Shown: positions 39,105 through 47,588 of the stretch, piece by piece | Layout: every line of letters begins with the position of its first letter | How positions within the stretch are numbered: the stretch's first letter is position 1 | NCBI GenBank assembly: GCA_947259195.1 | Contig: CAMYLC010000155.1 | Location: forward strand, 16,899 to 80,898 | Length of the DNA stretch: 64,000 nucleotides | Reading direction: 5' to 3' | From: Thermoanaerobaculia bacterium | Lineage (GTDB): Bacteria > Acidobacteriota > Thermoanaerobaculia > Multivoradales > JAHEKO01 | Program-made: the position numbers and the translations under genes | Notes under the pieces: generated by a model | The model's database searches: none | What the model was told of the DNA's origin: nothing | The model's input: the letters and a program-made list of their open reading frames with translations, nothing else

Positions 39105-39692
39105 TCAGGGGTAGAGGCGCTGCTCAGTCCAACCGCCCTCTGCTCGGTGCTCGTACAGGAATCGGTCGTGAAGTCGGTAGAGCTGGTTGTGCCAGATCTC
39201 GATGCGATGGGCGACGAGCCGATAACCTCCCCAGAAGGGAGGTCGGAGCACGGGCTGCCCGGCAAACCGGGCCTGAGTTTTGAGGAATCCCGAGACCAGC
39301 TCTCGGCGTGAGGTCAGCGGTTCACTCTGCCGGGAAGCCCAGGCGCCGATCTGACTGCCCCGCGGCCTCGAAGCGAAGTAAGCATCGGCTTCCCGTTCAG
39401 TGACGTTCTCGACCTCGCCTTCGATGCGGATTTGTTTATGCAGGGTTGGCCAGTAGATGCACAGAGCGGCGTGGGGGTTGGCCTCCAGCTCTCGTGCTTT
39501 CCGGCTTTCCAGGTTCGTGTAGAAGGTGACTCCGACAGCGTCGATGTCCTTGATGAGGACGATCCGGGCGGAAGGCCGACCGGCGGCATTTACAGTGGCC
39601 AGGGTAGCCGCAGTCGGGTCGTGGCTCTCTTCACCATGAGCACGGGACAACAACCGCGACACCTCTGCGAGGGGATCGGGAGTTCTGGTCAT
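39105..39692 (-). CDS. pdxH: pyridoxamine 5'-phosphate oxidase
   Basis: RIVLIKDID..GVTFYTNLESRKARELEANPHAAL, RIEGEVE, YFASRPRGSQIGAWAS.QS, and C-terminal WGGYRL...IEIWHNQLYRLHDR. Confidence 0.9.
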   Translation of the reverse strand: MTRTPDPLAEVSRLLSRAHGEESHDPTAATLATVNAAGRPSARIVLIKDIDAVGVTFYTNLESRKARELEANPHAALCIYWPTLHKQIRIEGEVENVTEREADAYFASRPRGSQIGAWASRQSEPLTSRRELVSGFLKTQARFAGQPVLRPPFWGGYRLVAHRIEIWHNQLYRLHDRFLYEHRAEGGWTEQRLYP

Positions 39693-39799
39693 GGGACGAC
39701 TATTCTAGCCGGGCTTCGGACCTGGTGGGCGAGGCCCTTACGGTGGCGCCACGAAGTACTGCGTCGGCGCCAGTGCCCTGGAACTCGCCAAGTGCTCTT

Positions 39800-40267
39800 C
39801 TAATCAGTCGCGGAGAAGCGAGTCACCTTCGGCTCGACCAGTTTCGCGAAATCGGCGAAGGCGAGCCGCACCAGCTCCGTATGGGAGCCGGCGTTGAAGG
39901 CGATTTCTTCATCCGCAGCCAGGCTTTCACAGGCGAAGACCGGCATGCTCCAGAGATTGCCAAAAGGGGGCATGGCTCCAGGCTCACAGCCTGGAAAGAG
40001 GCCTTTGAACTCCTCCTCCGTCGCCAATTCGACCTGACGAGCGCCGGCGGCGGCACGCAGGTGGTCGAGATCCACCCTGAATGAGGCCGGCAGCACGGCC
40101 ATGGCCATGTTGCCGTCGAGCTTGACCATTACGGTCTTGGCAAGCTCCTGCCCTGGGATATGGGCGGTCGCAGCGATTTCCTGGGCGGTGTAGGCAGGGG
40201 AGTGGCTGATACTGACGTATTTGACACTATTCTGGTCGAGAAACTCTCGCAGCTTTTGTAGCGGCAT
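39800..40267 (-). CDS. YbaK/EbsC-type aminoacyl-tRNA deacylase domain protein
   Basis: ATG at 40267 preceded by AAGAGGAGG. Blocks AKTVMVKLDGNMAMAVLP and FPGCEPGAMPPFGNL resemble YbaK-family editing domains. Confidence 0.65.
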   Translation of the reverse strand: MPLQKLREFLDQNSVKYVSISHSPAYTAQEIAATAHIPGQELAKTVMVKLDGNMAMAVLPASFRVDLDHLRAAAGARQVELATEEEFKGLFPGCEPGAMPPFGNLWSMPVFACESLAADEEIAFNAGSHTELVRLAFADFAKLVEPKVTRFSATD

Positions 40268-40269
40268 GA

Positions 40270-41232
40270 TTACCTCCTCTTGAAGTCGAGACCTAGAGAT
40301 TCGTCCATCGATTTTCGAACCGTGAGCACTGGACATGGGGCCTTCTGTATGACTCTCTCAGCGGTGCTTCCCAAGAGAACGTGGGCCAGCCCGGTTCGGC
40401 CATGGGTTCCCAGGACGATCCAATCGACTTGCGACTCGGTGGCCTGCTGGACAATGGCCTGAGGCGGGTACCCACCTCGGCTCACCGGCACGATGTCGAT
40501 TCCCAGCTCGGCCTCGAGAGCCTTGGTCTGCCTGTCGAGGCGACTGCCGACCTCTCTGGCAACGGCTTCCCAAACCGAGGCGTCAGGAGCCGCCGGGCCG
40601 TAGATGCTGTCCATGCTGAACTCGTAGGGTACGTGGTAGACATGCAGCAGCGTGACCTTTGGAGGTTCAGAGTCGGCACTGGTGAGAAGCTCGAGCGACG
40701 CCCTGAGCGCCCAGGTCGCCTCTTTCGAGAAGTCCGTGGCGAGCAGGATTCGGCGGATCCTCCCCGTTGGTGGGGGGTCTCCCGGATGAACCGTCAGCAC
40801 GGGGCAGGTCGCCCGCTGCACGACTCGCTCGGCAGTGCTCCCGAGAAGAGCGGGATCGAAGGGACGATGGCCGCTGGAGCCGAGAACCACCAGCTGGGCA
40901 CGTAGCCGTCGAGCTGCTGCAACGATGATCTCGGACGGTTGACCGATCTGGACCTCCCAAGTGGCGTCGACTCCCAGATGTTGCGTCTCCCGAGTGATCC
41001 GATCGAGGTGCTGTCTGGCAGCGTCCTCCAGCTGCACCGGTACCTTGGCCTCGAGCTCTTGGTAGTCCGTCGTCCAGCCGGCCAGATTCAAGGCATGGAC
41101 CAGATGGAGGGAATAGCCCTTCTCGCTGGCGACCTCAACGGCCCAGCGCACTGCCGCATTCGCGGTCTCGGAGAGATCGGTGGCAGCAACGACCGTCCCC
41201 GGCTGGGACGGTGAAGTATCGGAACCAGGCAT
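40270..41232 (-). CDS. tandem universal stress protein (two UspA domains)
   Basis: Two copies of the Usp pattern ending in LVVLGSSGHRPFDPALLGSTAERVVQRATCPVLTV and WIVLGTHGRTGLAHVLLGSTAERVIQKAPCPVLTV. Confidence 0.85.
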   Translation of the reverse strand: MPGSDTSPSQPGTVVAATDLSETANAAVRWAVEVASEKGYSLHLVHALNLAGWTTDYQELEAKVPVQLEDAARQHLDRITRETQHLGVDATWEVQIGQPSEIIVAAARRLRAQLVVLGSSGHRPFDPALLGSTAERVVQRATCPVLTVHPGDPPPTGRIRRILLATDFSKEATWALRASLELLTSADSEPPKVTLLHVYHVPYEFSMDSIYGPAAPDASVWEAVAREVGSRLDRQTKALEAELGIDIVPVSRGGYPPQAIVQQATESQVDWIVLGTHGRTGLAHVLLGSTAERVIQKAPCPVLTVRKSMDESLGLDFKRR

Positions 41233-41350
41233 GGCAACTCCGGGGTCCCGTAGGCAGACATACCGACGGCGGTGTCTGCAGCTGAAATAGTAACGGTTGA
41301 GGTCGAGCTGTGCAAAGCCCGCAGAAGACGATGGGATGATATCGATCGAG

Positions 41351-41385
41351 GGGCGGGCCCTCCATTCTCGATGGAGGACCCGCTC
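41351..41385 (-). terminator. strong hairpin downstream of the Spy/CpxP-like gene (putative terminator without a U-tract)
   Basis: GGGCGGGCCCTCCAT / ATGGAGGACCCGCTC form a 15-position stem with one mismatch and one G-U pair, around a 5-nt loop. Lies 49 nt after the stop at 41434. Confidence 0.4.
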
Positions 41386-41433
41386 TGGCCGCCACTTTGC
41401 CGGCGGGGGAGGGAGAGCCCGCCTGGGCGATTC

Positions 41434-41946
41434 TCAGTTGCCTCCGCCACCCGAGTCGGGCTTCGCTCGACGATGTGGGCGTCCCCGGTTGCCTCGAGGG
41501 CGAACGGTCTCTCGTGCGGTTTTGAGAGCTTCGAACTTCTCGGCCTGGTCGGGTGTGAGAGTCGATGCCAGCTGGTTGTCCAGGTCCGACCGACCACGAT
41601 GTATGGCCTCGGTGTGTCGATGCATGGTCAAGGCGAGACTTCCCAGCTCGGCGAGGTCCGGATTCTCGGTCTCCGCCAGGTCCCGGAATTGCTGCCTGAG
41701 CTCGGCGAGATCCTGCCACTCTTTTCGCGTCGTCTCCCGGTGGCTGTCGAGGATGCCTTCCCACTCGACCAGCTGTCCATCGGTCAGCTCGAGGTAGTCG
41801 GCCGCAATTTCGAGGCGCCGTTCGCCACCGGGGTAGCGCCCCTCTTCGGGGCCATGAAAGCCTTCGGCACCAGGCGGCTGAGCGCATAGCGCCACGGGTA
41901 GGATCATCAGGCCGATGAGAGTGATAGTCAGTGTTCTGTATCGCAT
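41434..41946 (-). CDS. Spy/CpxP-like periplasmic protein (LTxxQ motifs)
   Basis: ATG at 41946. Signal peptide MRYRTLTITLIGLMILPVALCA. LTDGQ and LTPDQ motifs. Basic, Gly-rich C-terminus. Confidence 0.6.
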   Translation of the reverse strand: MRYRTLTITLIGLMILPVALCAQPPGAEGFHGPEEGRYPGGERRLEIAADYLELTDGQLVEWEGILDSHRETTRKEWQDLAELRQQFRDLAETENPDLAELGSLALTMHRHTEAIHRGRSDLDNQLASTLTPDQAEKFEALKTARETVRPRGNRGRPHRRAKPDSGGGGN

Positions 41947-42143
41947 ATCCGGGTCTCCTATTCTATGTTTCGGGTTCCGTTCATTGGTTTTCGAACCTGG
42001 CTCTTGATCTGGCGCCTGTACATGAAACACGGCAGGTCTGGGATTCCTGCGCTGCGAGAGAGATAGAGAAGACTGCCGGAAATGGCTGGCTTTTCGCTAA
42101 ACTAGTTTCCAGCCAGCTCTCCAATCTTGATGGAGGTCGAGTC

Positions 42144-43544
42144 ATGAGTCCAGTCCAAGTAGCCACAGAGAAGATGAGTGGAGTGGACCACGCGTGGTTG
42201 CGGATGGATGAACCTGCCAACCTGATGATGATCAACGGTGTACTCTTCTTCGATGATCCTCTCGACCTGAAAACGGTAAAACGTGCGTTGGAGGAACGAT
42301 TGATCTCGATCCCACGCTTCCGCCAGCGAGTAGTCCCGTCCGGAAATCAGCGGTTTTCATGGCAGCTCGATCCGGGCTTCGATATCGAGGCCCATGTGGT
42401 CGAAGAGTTCTTGCCGTCGCCAGGAGACGATGCCGACCTCCAGGACCTGGTAAGCAGTTGGATGAGCTCCCCTCTCGACCGCTCTAGACCCTTGTGGATG
42501 TGCCATCTGATTCAGAACCACCGGGGAGGCTCGGCGCTCCTCTGGCGGCTCCACCACTGCATGGGGGATGGCATGGTCCTCATGCTGGTACTTCTCTCAA
42601 TGATGGAGTTGATGCCGCCGGGAGAGGTAGAAGGCCAGGAGGCGCCGGAATCCGCCAACCCGCTCAGGGCCCTGTTTGGCCAGAATCCCCCGAGCAAGAA
42701 GGAGGCCAGCGGCTATATTCAAGAGCTGATGCCAGGTGCGGCTCGGCTGTTGACGGGCCCGGCCGAGAAGCTCGCATCGTTGAGCACGTGGATCAAGAGT
42801 GGAGTATTCGTTCCCACCTTCGGGCGAATGGCGGTTCGGCTTTCTGATCCACGCACGTTGTTCAAGGGAACCCTCGGGGTGGCGAAGAGAGCGGCCTGGT
42901 CCGCCCCGGTATCCCTAGAAGAAGTCGGCAGAGTGCGGGAGGCAATCGGTGGCACGCTGAACGACGTTTTGACCAATGCTGTCGCCGGTGGACTGAGGCG
43001 CTATCTCGTCAGCAAGGGGGAGGTCAGCAAGCAGCTGAGCTTTCGAGCCATCGTCCCGGTGAGCTTGAGGCCGTTGGAAAAGATGGCACAGCTCGGCAAC
43101 CAGTTCGGCCTTGTCTTCCTCTCGCTGCCGGTAGGCATCGAAGATCCCAGAGAGCGGCTGGCGGAGCTCCGCCGCCGCATGGGTCGACTGAAGCACTCCT
43201 TCGAGCCTGTGGTGGTTCTTCAGGTGCTGGGCGCCCTGGGCGCCTCGCCGAAGACCATTCAGCAACTTGTGGTGAGGATCTTCGGCACCAAGGGAACGGC
43301 TGTCCTTACCAATGTCCCAGGTCCACGGGAAACGCTGTACTTCACGGGCAAGCCGATGCGGGACTTCGTCCTCTGGGTGCCGCAATCGGGCAGACTGGGG
43401 ATGGGTATCGCCATCAGCAGTTACGCGGGAAACGTGCGTGTCGGCATCGTCACCGACGAAGGGCTGGTCGCCGACCCCGAGACCATCGTAGCCGGATTCC
43501 ACGAGGAGTTCTCGGCAATGCTGGACCTCGCTGAGAGAGACTGA
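42144..43544 (+). CDS. wax ester synthase/diacylglycerol acyltransferase (WS/DGAT) family
   Basis: ATG at 42144 with GGAGG at 42132-42136. Catalytic HHxxxDG motif in LHHCMGDG. N-terminus DHAWLRMDEPANLMMI is typical of the family. Confidence 0.85.
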   Translation: MSPVQVATEKMSGVDHAWLRMDEPANLMMINGVLFFDDPLDLKTVKRALEERLISIPRFRQRVVPSGNQRFSWQLDPGFDIEAHVVEEFLPSPGDDADLQDLVSSWMSSPLDRSRPLWMCHLIQNHRGGSALLWRLHHCMGDGMVLMLVLLSMMELMPPGEVEGQEAPESANPLRALFGQNPPSKKEASGYIQELMPGAARLLTGPAEKLASLSTWIKSGVFVPTFGRMAVRLSDPRTLFKGTLGVAKRAAWSAPVSLEEVGRVREAIGGTLNDVLTNAVAGGLRRYLVSKGEVSKQLSFRAIVPVSLRPLEKMAQLGNQFGLVFLSLPVGIEDPRERLAELRRRMGRLKHSFEPVVVLQVLGALGASPKTIQQLVVRIFGTKGTAVLTNVPGPRETLYFTGKPMRDFVLWVPQSGRLGMGIAISSYAGNVRVGIVTDEGLVADPETIVAGFHEEFSAMLDLAERD

Positions 43545-43574
43545 CTCGGGCGACACCTGTTCGAGGTCGATTTC

Positions 43575-44810
43575 ATGGAGCTCTTACGCGATCTCGATTT
43601 CTGGAAATACGTCTCGATCCCGTTCGTGGCGGGAATCGTCGGCTGGGCTACCAACTGGGTGGCCATTAAGCTGACCTTTCTGCCGTTGGAGTTCCGCGGC
43701 ATCCGTCCGTACTTGGGGTGGCAGGGGATCATTCCGTCGAAGGCAGGCAAGATGGCCGGGATCTTTGCGGAATCCACCATGTTTCGTCTCGGGACGCTGG
43801 GCGAGATCTTCCGCCATATGGATCCGGAGGCGATGGCCGATCACATTTCCGAGGTGATCGAGCCCCGTCTCGATGGCTACACTGACGAAGTCATGTTCTA
43901 CGGCGGACAAGGTGCGCTGTGGCGCTCCCTGCCATCGATGGTCAAGAGCCGTATCTACTCCAGAGTGCGCGATGAGATGCCCGCCCTGGTGCACGATCTG
44001 ATGCAGGAGATAGGTGAGCACATCGAGGATCTGATGGATTTCAAACACATGCTGGTCACCCTGCTCGAAGGGGACAAGGTTCTCCTCAACCGTCTGTTCA
44101 TCGAGTCGGGTGAAGAGGAGTTCAAGTTCATCATTCGGTCCGGTCTCTACTTCGGTTTCATCTTCGGTCTCGCTCAATTGGCCTTCTGGATCTTCTACAA
44201 GGGCTGGTGGGTGCTGCCGTTCTTCGGAGGGTTGGTCGGCTATGCCACGAACTGGATTGCCATCAATCTGATATTCCGCCCTTTGCATCCGAAGAAGATC
44301 GGGCCGTGGACGGTTCAGGGCCTCTTTCTGAAGAGGCAACGAGAGGTGGCGGGTGTGTGGACCCATCTCGTCACGCGTGAGGTGGTAACCCTGCATCAAA
44401 TCATCGAGGAGATGTTGACAGGCCCTGAGTCGGACAAGGTCGAAGCGCTCATCAAGAAGCACATCGAGCCCATTGCAGACGAGGCTCTGGGGAGCTTCCT
44501 GCCGGCTGCCCAGCTCACGGTTGGCTCCTCACGGCTGGTGGACATCCGTCAGGCTGCGGGAGACAAGGCGGTCGAGGTTTCGATCGAGTCTTTCAAGCAC
44601 TGGGGCTTCAATGAGGATCGGGCTGAAGTCCTCGGCGAGCTGCTGCAAGAGAGGATGGCGGACCTGCCGCCGGAGGAGTTCCAGGACCTGTTGCGACCCT
44701 GCTTTCAGGAAGACGAGTGGAAGCTCATTCTGATGGGTGGGGTGCTCGGCCTGCTGGCGGGCCTGGCGCAGCTGGTCTTTGTCTTCGGTGGCCTGGGATC
44801 CGGATTCTGA
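43575..44810 (+). CDS. DUF445-like membrane protein
   Basis: N-terminal WATNWVAIKLTFLPLEF...GIIPSKAGKMA and a second YATNWIAINLIFRP block, resembling the DUF445/YheB family. Confidence 0.65.
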   Translation: MELLRDLDFWKYVSIPFVAGIVGWATNWVAIKLTFLPLEFRGIRPYLGWQGIIPSKAGKMAGIFAESTMFRLGTLGEIFRHMDPEAMADHISEVIEPRLDGYTDEVMFYGGQGALWRSLPSMVKSRIYSRVRDEMPALVHDLMQEIGEHIEDLMDFKHMLVTLLEGDKVLLNRLFIESGEEEFKFIIRSGLYFGFIFGLAQLAFWIFYKGWWVLPFFGGLVGYATNWIAINLIFRPLHPKKIGPWTVQGLFLKRQREVAGVWTHLVTREVVTLHQIIEEMLTGPESDKVEALIKKHIEPIADEALGSFLPAAQLTVGSSRLVDIRQAAGDKAVEVSIESFKHWGFNEDRAEVLGELLQERMADLPPEEFQDLLRPCFQEDEWKLILMGGVLGLLAGLAQLVFVFGGLGSGF

Positions 44811-44811
44811 A

Positions 44812-44829
44812 GCTACCCCGGCGGGTAGT
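44812..44829 (+). terminator. weak terminator-like hairpin after the DUF445 gene
   Basis: GCTACCC-CGGC-GGGTAGT begins 2 nt after the TGA stop. The following sequence is moderately T-rich. Confidence 0.3.
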
Positions 44830-44941
44830 ACCCGATCTACCTGTTGGTATGTTTGCTCGGTGGCGGGTGTCCCCTATGGTTGGATCAGAGGCTGGCCGCC
44901 TCGCATGTGTCACGGTCGGTCTGTAACGAAAGGAGGCGTCG

Positions 44942-45193
44942 ATGGGTGATTCCAACGTGCGCTACCGCGATGCGTTCGATCGGGAGACTCAGGCCATCGC
45001 CTGGAAGTCTCCAGATGGGCGCGAGTTCCTGGTCTGCGGGACCGAGGGTGGCTACGCCCTGCGGTCTCCCGAGGACTGGGAGTCCGACGACGACGTCGAG
45101 TTCGAGGCAGACAGCGACGGCAACGTCTTCTGCGATGGCCAACCCGTGGGGTGGAAGATTCCCAGGCCGGTGCTGGATCGAACTACCGACTAG
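44942..45193 (+). CDS. small acidic hypothetical protein (83 aa)
   Basis: ATG preceded by AAAGGAGG at the optimal distance. Coding-like codon usage. No family recognised. Confidence 0.5.
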   Translation: MGDSNVRYRDAFDRETQAIAWKSPDGREFLVCGTEGGYALRSPEDWESDDDVEFEADSDGNVFCDGQPVGWKIPRPVLDRTTD

Positions 45194-45302
45194 TCTGACT
45201 GGCGGGCAACGAAGGCTCGAGCCTCACCGATGGTCTGGATCGGGATGGATCCCGGTCGGCTGCTCCTTTGTCGGGTCTCTATACGCCAGCGGAGAGAAGA
45301 GC

Positions 45303-45677
45303 ATGGAAAACAACCATCCTGCGAACTACCAGAGGCTGCAGGCACTCATAGCCGAGCTTTCTGGCAGTCTGCCCGGTACAATGCAGGCCTTCAAGGGCCT
45401 TCACAAGCAAGCGACTGCCGATGGAGCGCTGGACCGCAAGACCAAGGAACTTATCGCCCTGGGAATGGCCCTCAGTATCAACTGCAGTGGCTGCGTCGCC
45501 TATCACGTCAAGCAGGCCCTGGAGTCTGGTGCCAGTCGAGAGGAGATCCTCGAGGCAGTGGGCGTGGCCGTCATGATGGGTGGCGGTCCTGCCGTGGTCT
45601 ACGGTTGCGAAGCGCTGGCCGCGCTGGATCAATTCCTGGCAGAGAGAAATCTCAAAACCCGAGCATCGGCTCCTTGA
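45303..45677 (+). CDS. carboxymuconolactone decarboxylase/AhpD-like family protein
   Basis: ATG at 45303 with GGAGAGAAG upstream. LDRKTKELIALGMALSINCSGCVAYHV contains the family CxxC motif. The track's 277-aa ORF is a spurious 5' extension. Confidence 0.8.
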   Translation: MENNHPANYQRLQALIAELSGSLPGTMQAFKGLHKQATADGALDRKTKELIALGMALSINCSGCVAYHVKQALESGASREEILEAVGVAVMMGGGPAVVYGCEALAALDQFLAERNLKTRASAP

Positions 45678-45736
45678 TAGGCTCGACCGAGGCTCCCGAG
45701 TTCTCTTCCCCGAATCGACACCTGAGGATGAATCTC

Positions 45737-47434
45737 ATGAAGCGACTCCTGACACTGACGGGATGCCTCGCCTTGGCGGCTTGCAGCCTGAGCGCTGCCG
45801 ACCGGATCACGGGCAAGGCCTTCGCGACCCGCTCTGAAGTCATCGCCCGCCACGCCATGGCGGCCACCAGTCAGCCGCTGGCCACGCAGGTAGCCCTCGA
45901 TATCCTGAAACAGGGAGGCAACGCGGTCGATGCTGCCATTGCCGCCAATGCCATGCTGGGGCTCGTGGAGCCCACCGGGAACGGGATCGGCGGTGACCTC
46001 TTCGCCATCGTCTGGGATGCCGAGAGCCGAAAGCTGTATGGCCTGAATGCCAGTGGGCGCTCCCCCTTTTCGCTCACCTTGGAGTGGTTCCAGCAGCAGG
46101 GTCTGGAGTCGATACCCAGCCACGGTCCCCTGCCGGTTACCGTACCCGGAGCGGTCGACGGCTGGTTCGAGTTGCACGAGCGATTCGGCAAGCTGCCGAT
46201 GAAGCAGGTCCTGGCACCGGCGATTCGGTATGCCAAGGAGGGATTTCCGGTCAGCGAGTTGATTGCATACTACTGGCAGCGAAGTGTTCCGACGCTCGAG
46301 GTGTGGGCCGGTTTCCGAGACGTCTTCATGCCGGGAGGAGAGGCGCCATTGAAGGGAGAGATTTTTCGCAATCCGGCTCTGGCTGCGACGCTCCAGAAGA
46401 TCGCCGATGGAGGTAGGGATGTCTTCTACAAAGGCGACATCGCTCGTAGTATCGATGCCTTCATGAAGCGGCAGGGCGGCTTCCTTTCCTACAGGGATCT
46501 GGCAGAGCACTCCTCGACCTGGGTGGAGCCGGTCTCGACCGATTATCGGGGCTACGAAGTCTGGGAGCTACCCCCCAATGGTCAGGGCATCGCCGCGCTA
46601 CAGATCCTCAATATTCTCGAACACTACAACTTGTCGGACATGGGATTCGGCAGTGCCGACTACGTCCATCTCTTCGTCGAGGCCAAGAAACTCGTGTTCG
46701 AGGACAGGGCCCGCTGGTATGCGGATCCCGACTTCAACGACATCCCGGTCAGGGAGCTGATCTCGAAGGAGTATGCGTCTCGACGAAGGCAGCTCATCGA
46801 CTTGCAGCGAGCCGCAGACGCCTACGAAGCGGGTAACCCGGCCCTCGAGGAGGGCGATACCATTTACCTGACAGTCGCCGACGCGGACCGCAACATGGTC
46901 TCCCTGATCCAGTCGAATTACCGGGGCATGGGCACCGGCCTCTCGCCGGATGGCTTGGGGTTCATTCTTCAAGATCGCGGGGAGCTGTTTACGCTCGAGG
47001 AGGGGCAGCTCAACACCTATGAGCCCCACAAGCGGCCCTTTCATACGATCATCCCGGCCTTCGTCACGAAAGATGGGGAGCCCTATATGAGCTTCGGCGT
47101 GATGGGCGGTGCGACGCAACCTCAGGCTCACGCCCAGATCATCATCAACATGGTCGATTTTGGAATGAACCTGCAGGAGGCGGGAGACGCTCCGAGGATT
47201 CTGCATCAGGGCTCATCCCAGCCGACCGGCGAAACGATGCTCGACGGCGGAGCTGTCGTTCTTGAGAGCGGCTTTCCCTACGAGACGATTCGCGACCTGA
47301 TGGGACGCGGACACTCCGTGGGCTGGGACATTGGACCCTACGGCGGGTATCAGGCCATTCTCTTCGATGCCGACCAGGACGTCCTTTACGGTGCCTCCGA
47401 GTCCCGCAAGGACGGCCAGGCGGCAGGATTCTGA
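45737..47434 (+). CDS. ggt: gamma-glutamyltransferase, lipoprotein or secreted
   Basis: MKRLLTLTGCLALAAC signal/lipobox. GGT blocks GGNAVDAAIAANAMLGLVEPTGNGIGGD, the autoprocessing GDTIYL (Thr nucleophile context) and MSFGVMGG. ATG 45737 has GAGGA 8 nt upstream; ATG 45728 is the alternative. Confidence 0.9.
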   Translation: MKRLLTLTGCLALAACSLSAADRITGKAFATRSEVIARHAMAATSQPLATQVALDILKQGGNAVDAAIAANAMLGLVEPTGNGIGGDLFAIVWDAESRKLYGLNASGRSPFSLTLEWFQQQGLESIPSHGPLPVTVPGAVDGWFELHERFGKLPMKQVLAPAIRYAKEGFPVSELIAYYWQRSVPTLEVWAGFRDVFMPGGEAPLKGEIFRNPALAATLQKIADGGRDVFYKGDIARSIDAFMKRQGGFLSYRDLAEHSSTWVEPVSTDYRGYEVWELPPNGQGIAALQILNILEHYNLSDMGFGSADYVHLFVEAKKLVFEDRARWYADPDFNDIPVRELISKEYASRRRQLIDLQRAADAYEAGNPALEEGDTIYLTVADADRNMVSLIQSNYRGMGTGLSPDGLGFILQDRGELFTLEEGQLNTYEPHKRPFHTIIPAFVTKDGEPYMSFGVMGGATQPQAHAQIIINMVDFGMNLQEAGDAPRILHQGSSQPTGETMLDGGAVVLESGFPYETIRDLMGRGHSVGWDIGPYGGYQAILFDADQDVLYGASESRKDGQAAGF

Positions 47435-47588
47435 CTCTTCAGCTGACGACCAGGACGAAGGTCCAGGGTTCGTTAGAGGGCTTTCCTCCCTGCCACGGCC
47501 AGCCCCCCTGGCGCGGCGTGCCCAACCCTGATGTCCCGGTACGAAGCACAGACCTCGAATCGCACATGACGCTGTCCGTCTATTGGAG

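Noticed and set aside
43542-43577. The WS/DGAT and DUF445 genes are in the same frame, separated by a TGA. Could this be a second selenocysteine or read-through?
   Set aside because: The TGA does not fall on any conserved Cys position. A GAGG RBS and an ATG start the downstream gene. Neither family is a known selenoprotein. A same-frame arrangement is expected by chance one time in three.
44844-45736. Long 5' extensions in the track: the 277-aa ORF ending at 45677 and the 734-aa ORF starting at 45230.
   Set aside because: The family-specific sequence begins only at ATG 45303 (AhpD-like) and ATG 45737 (GGT signal peptide), each with an SD. The extensions overlap neighbouring genes and are Arg/Gly/Ser-rich with no motif.
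47435-47588. A GGTTCG-containing stretch between the convergent ggt and lon-like genes, as a possible tRNA fragment.
   Set aside because: No acceptor, D or anticodon stems can be drawn around it, so there is no cloverleaf.
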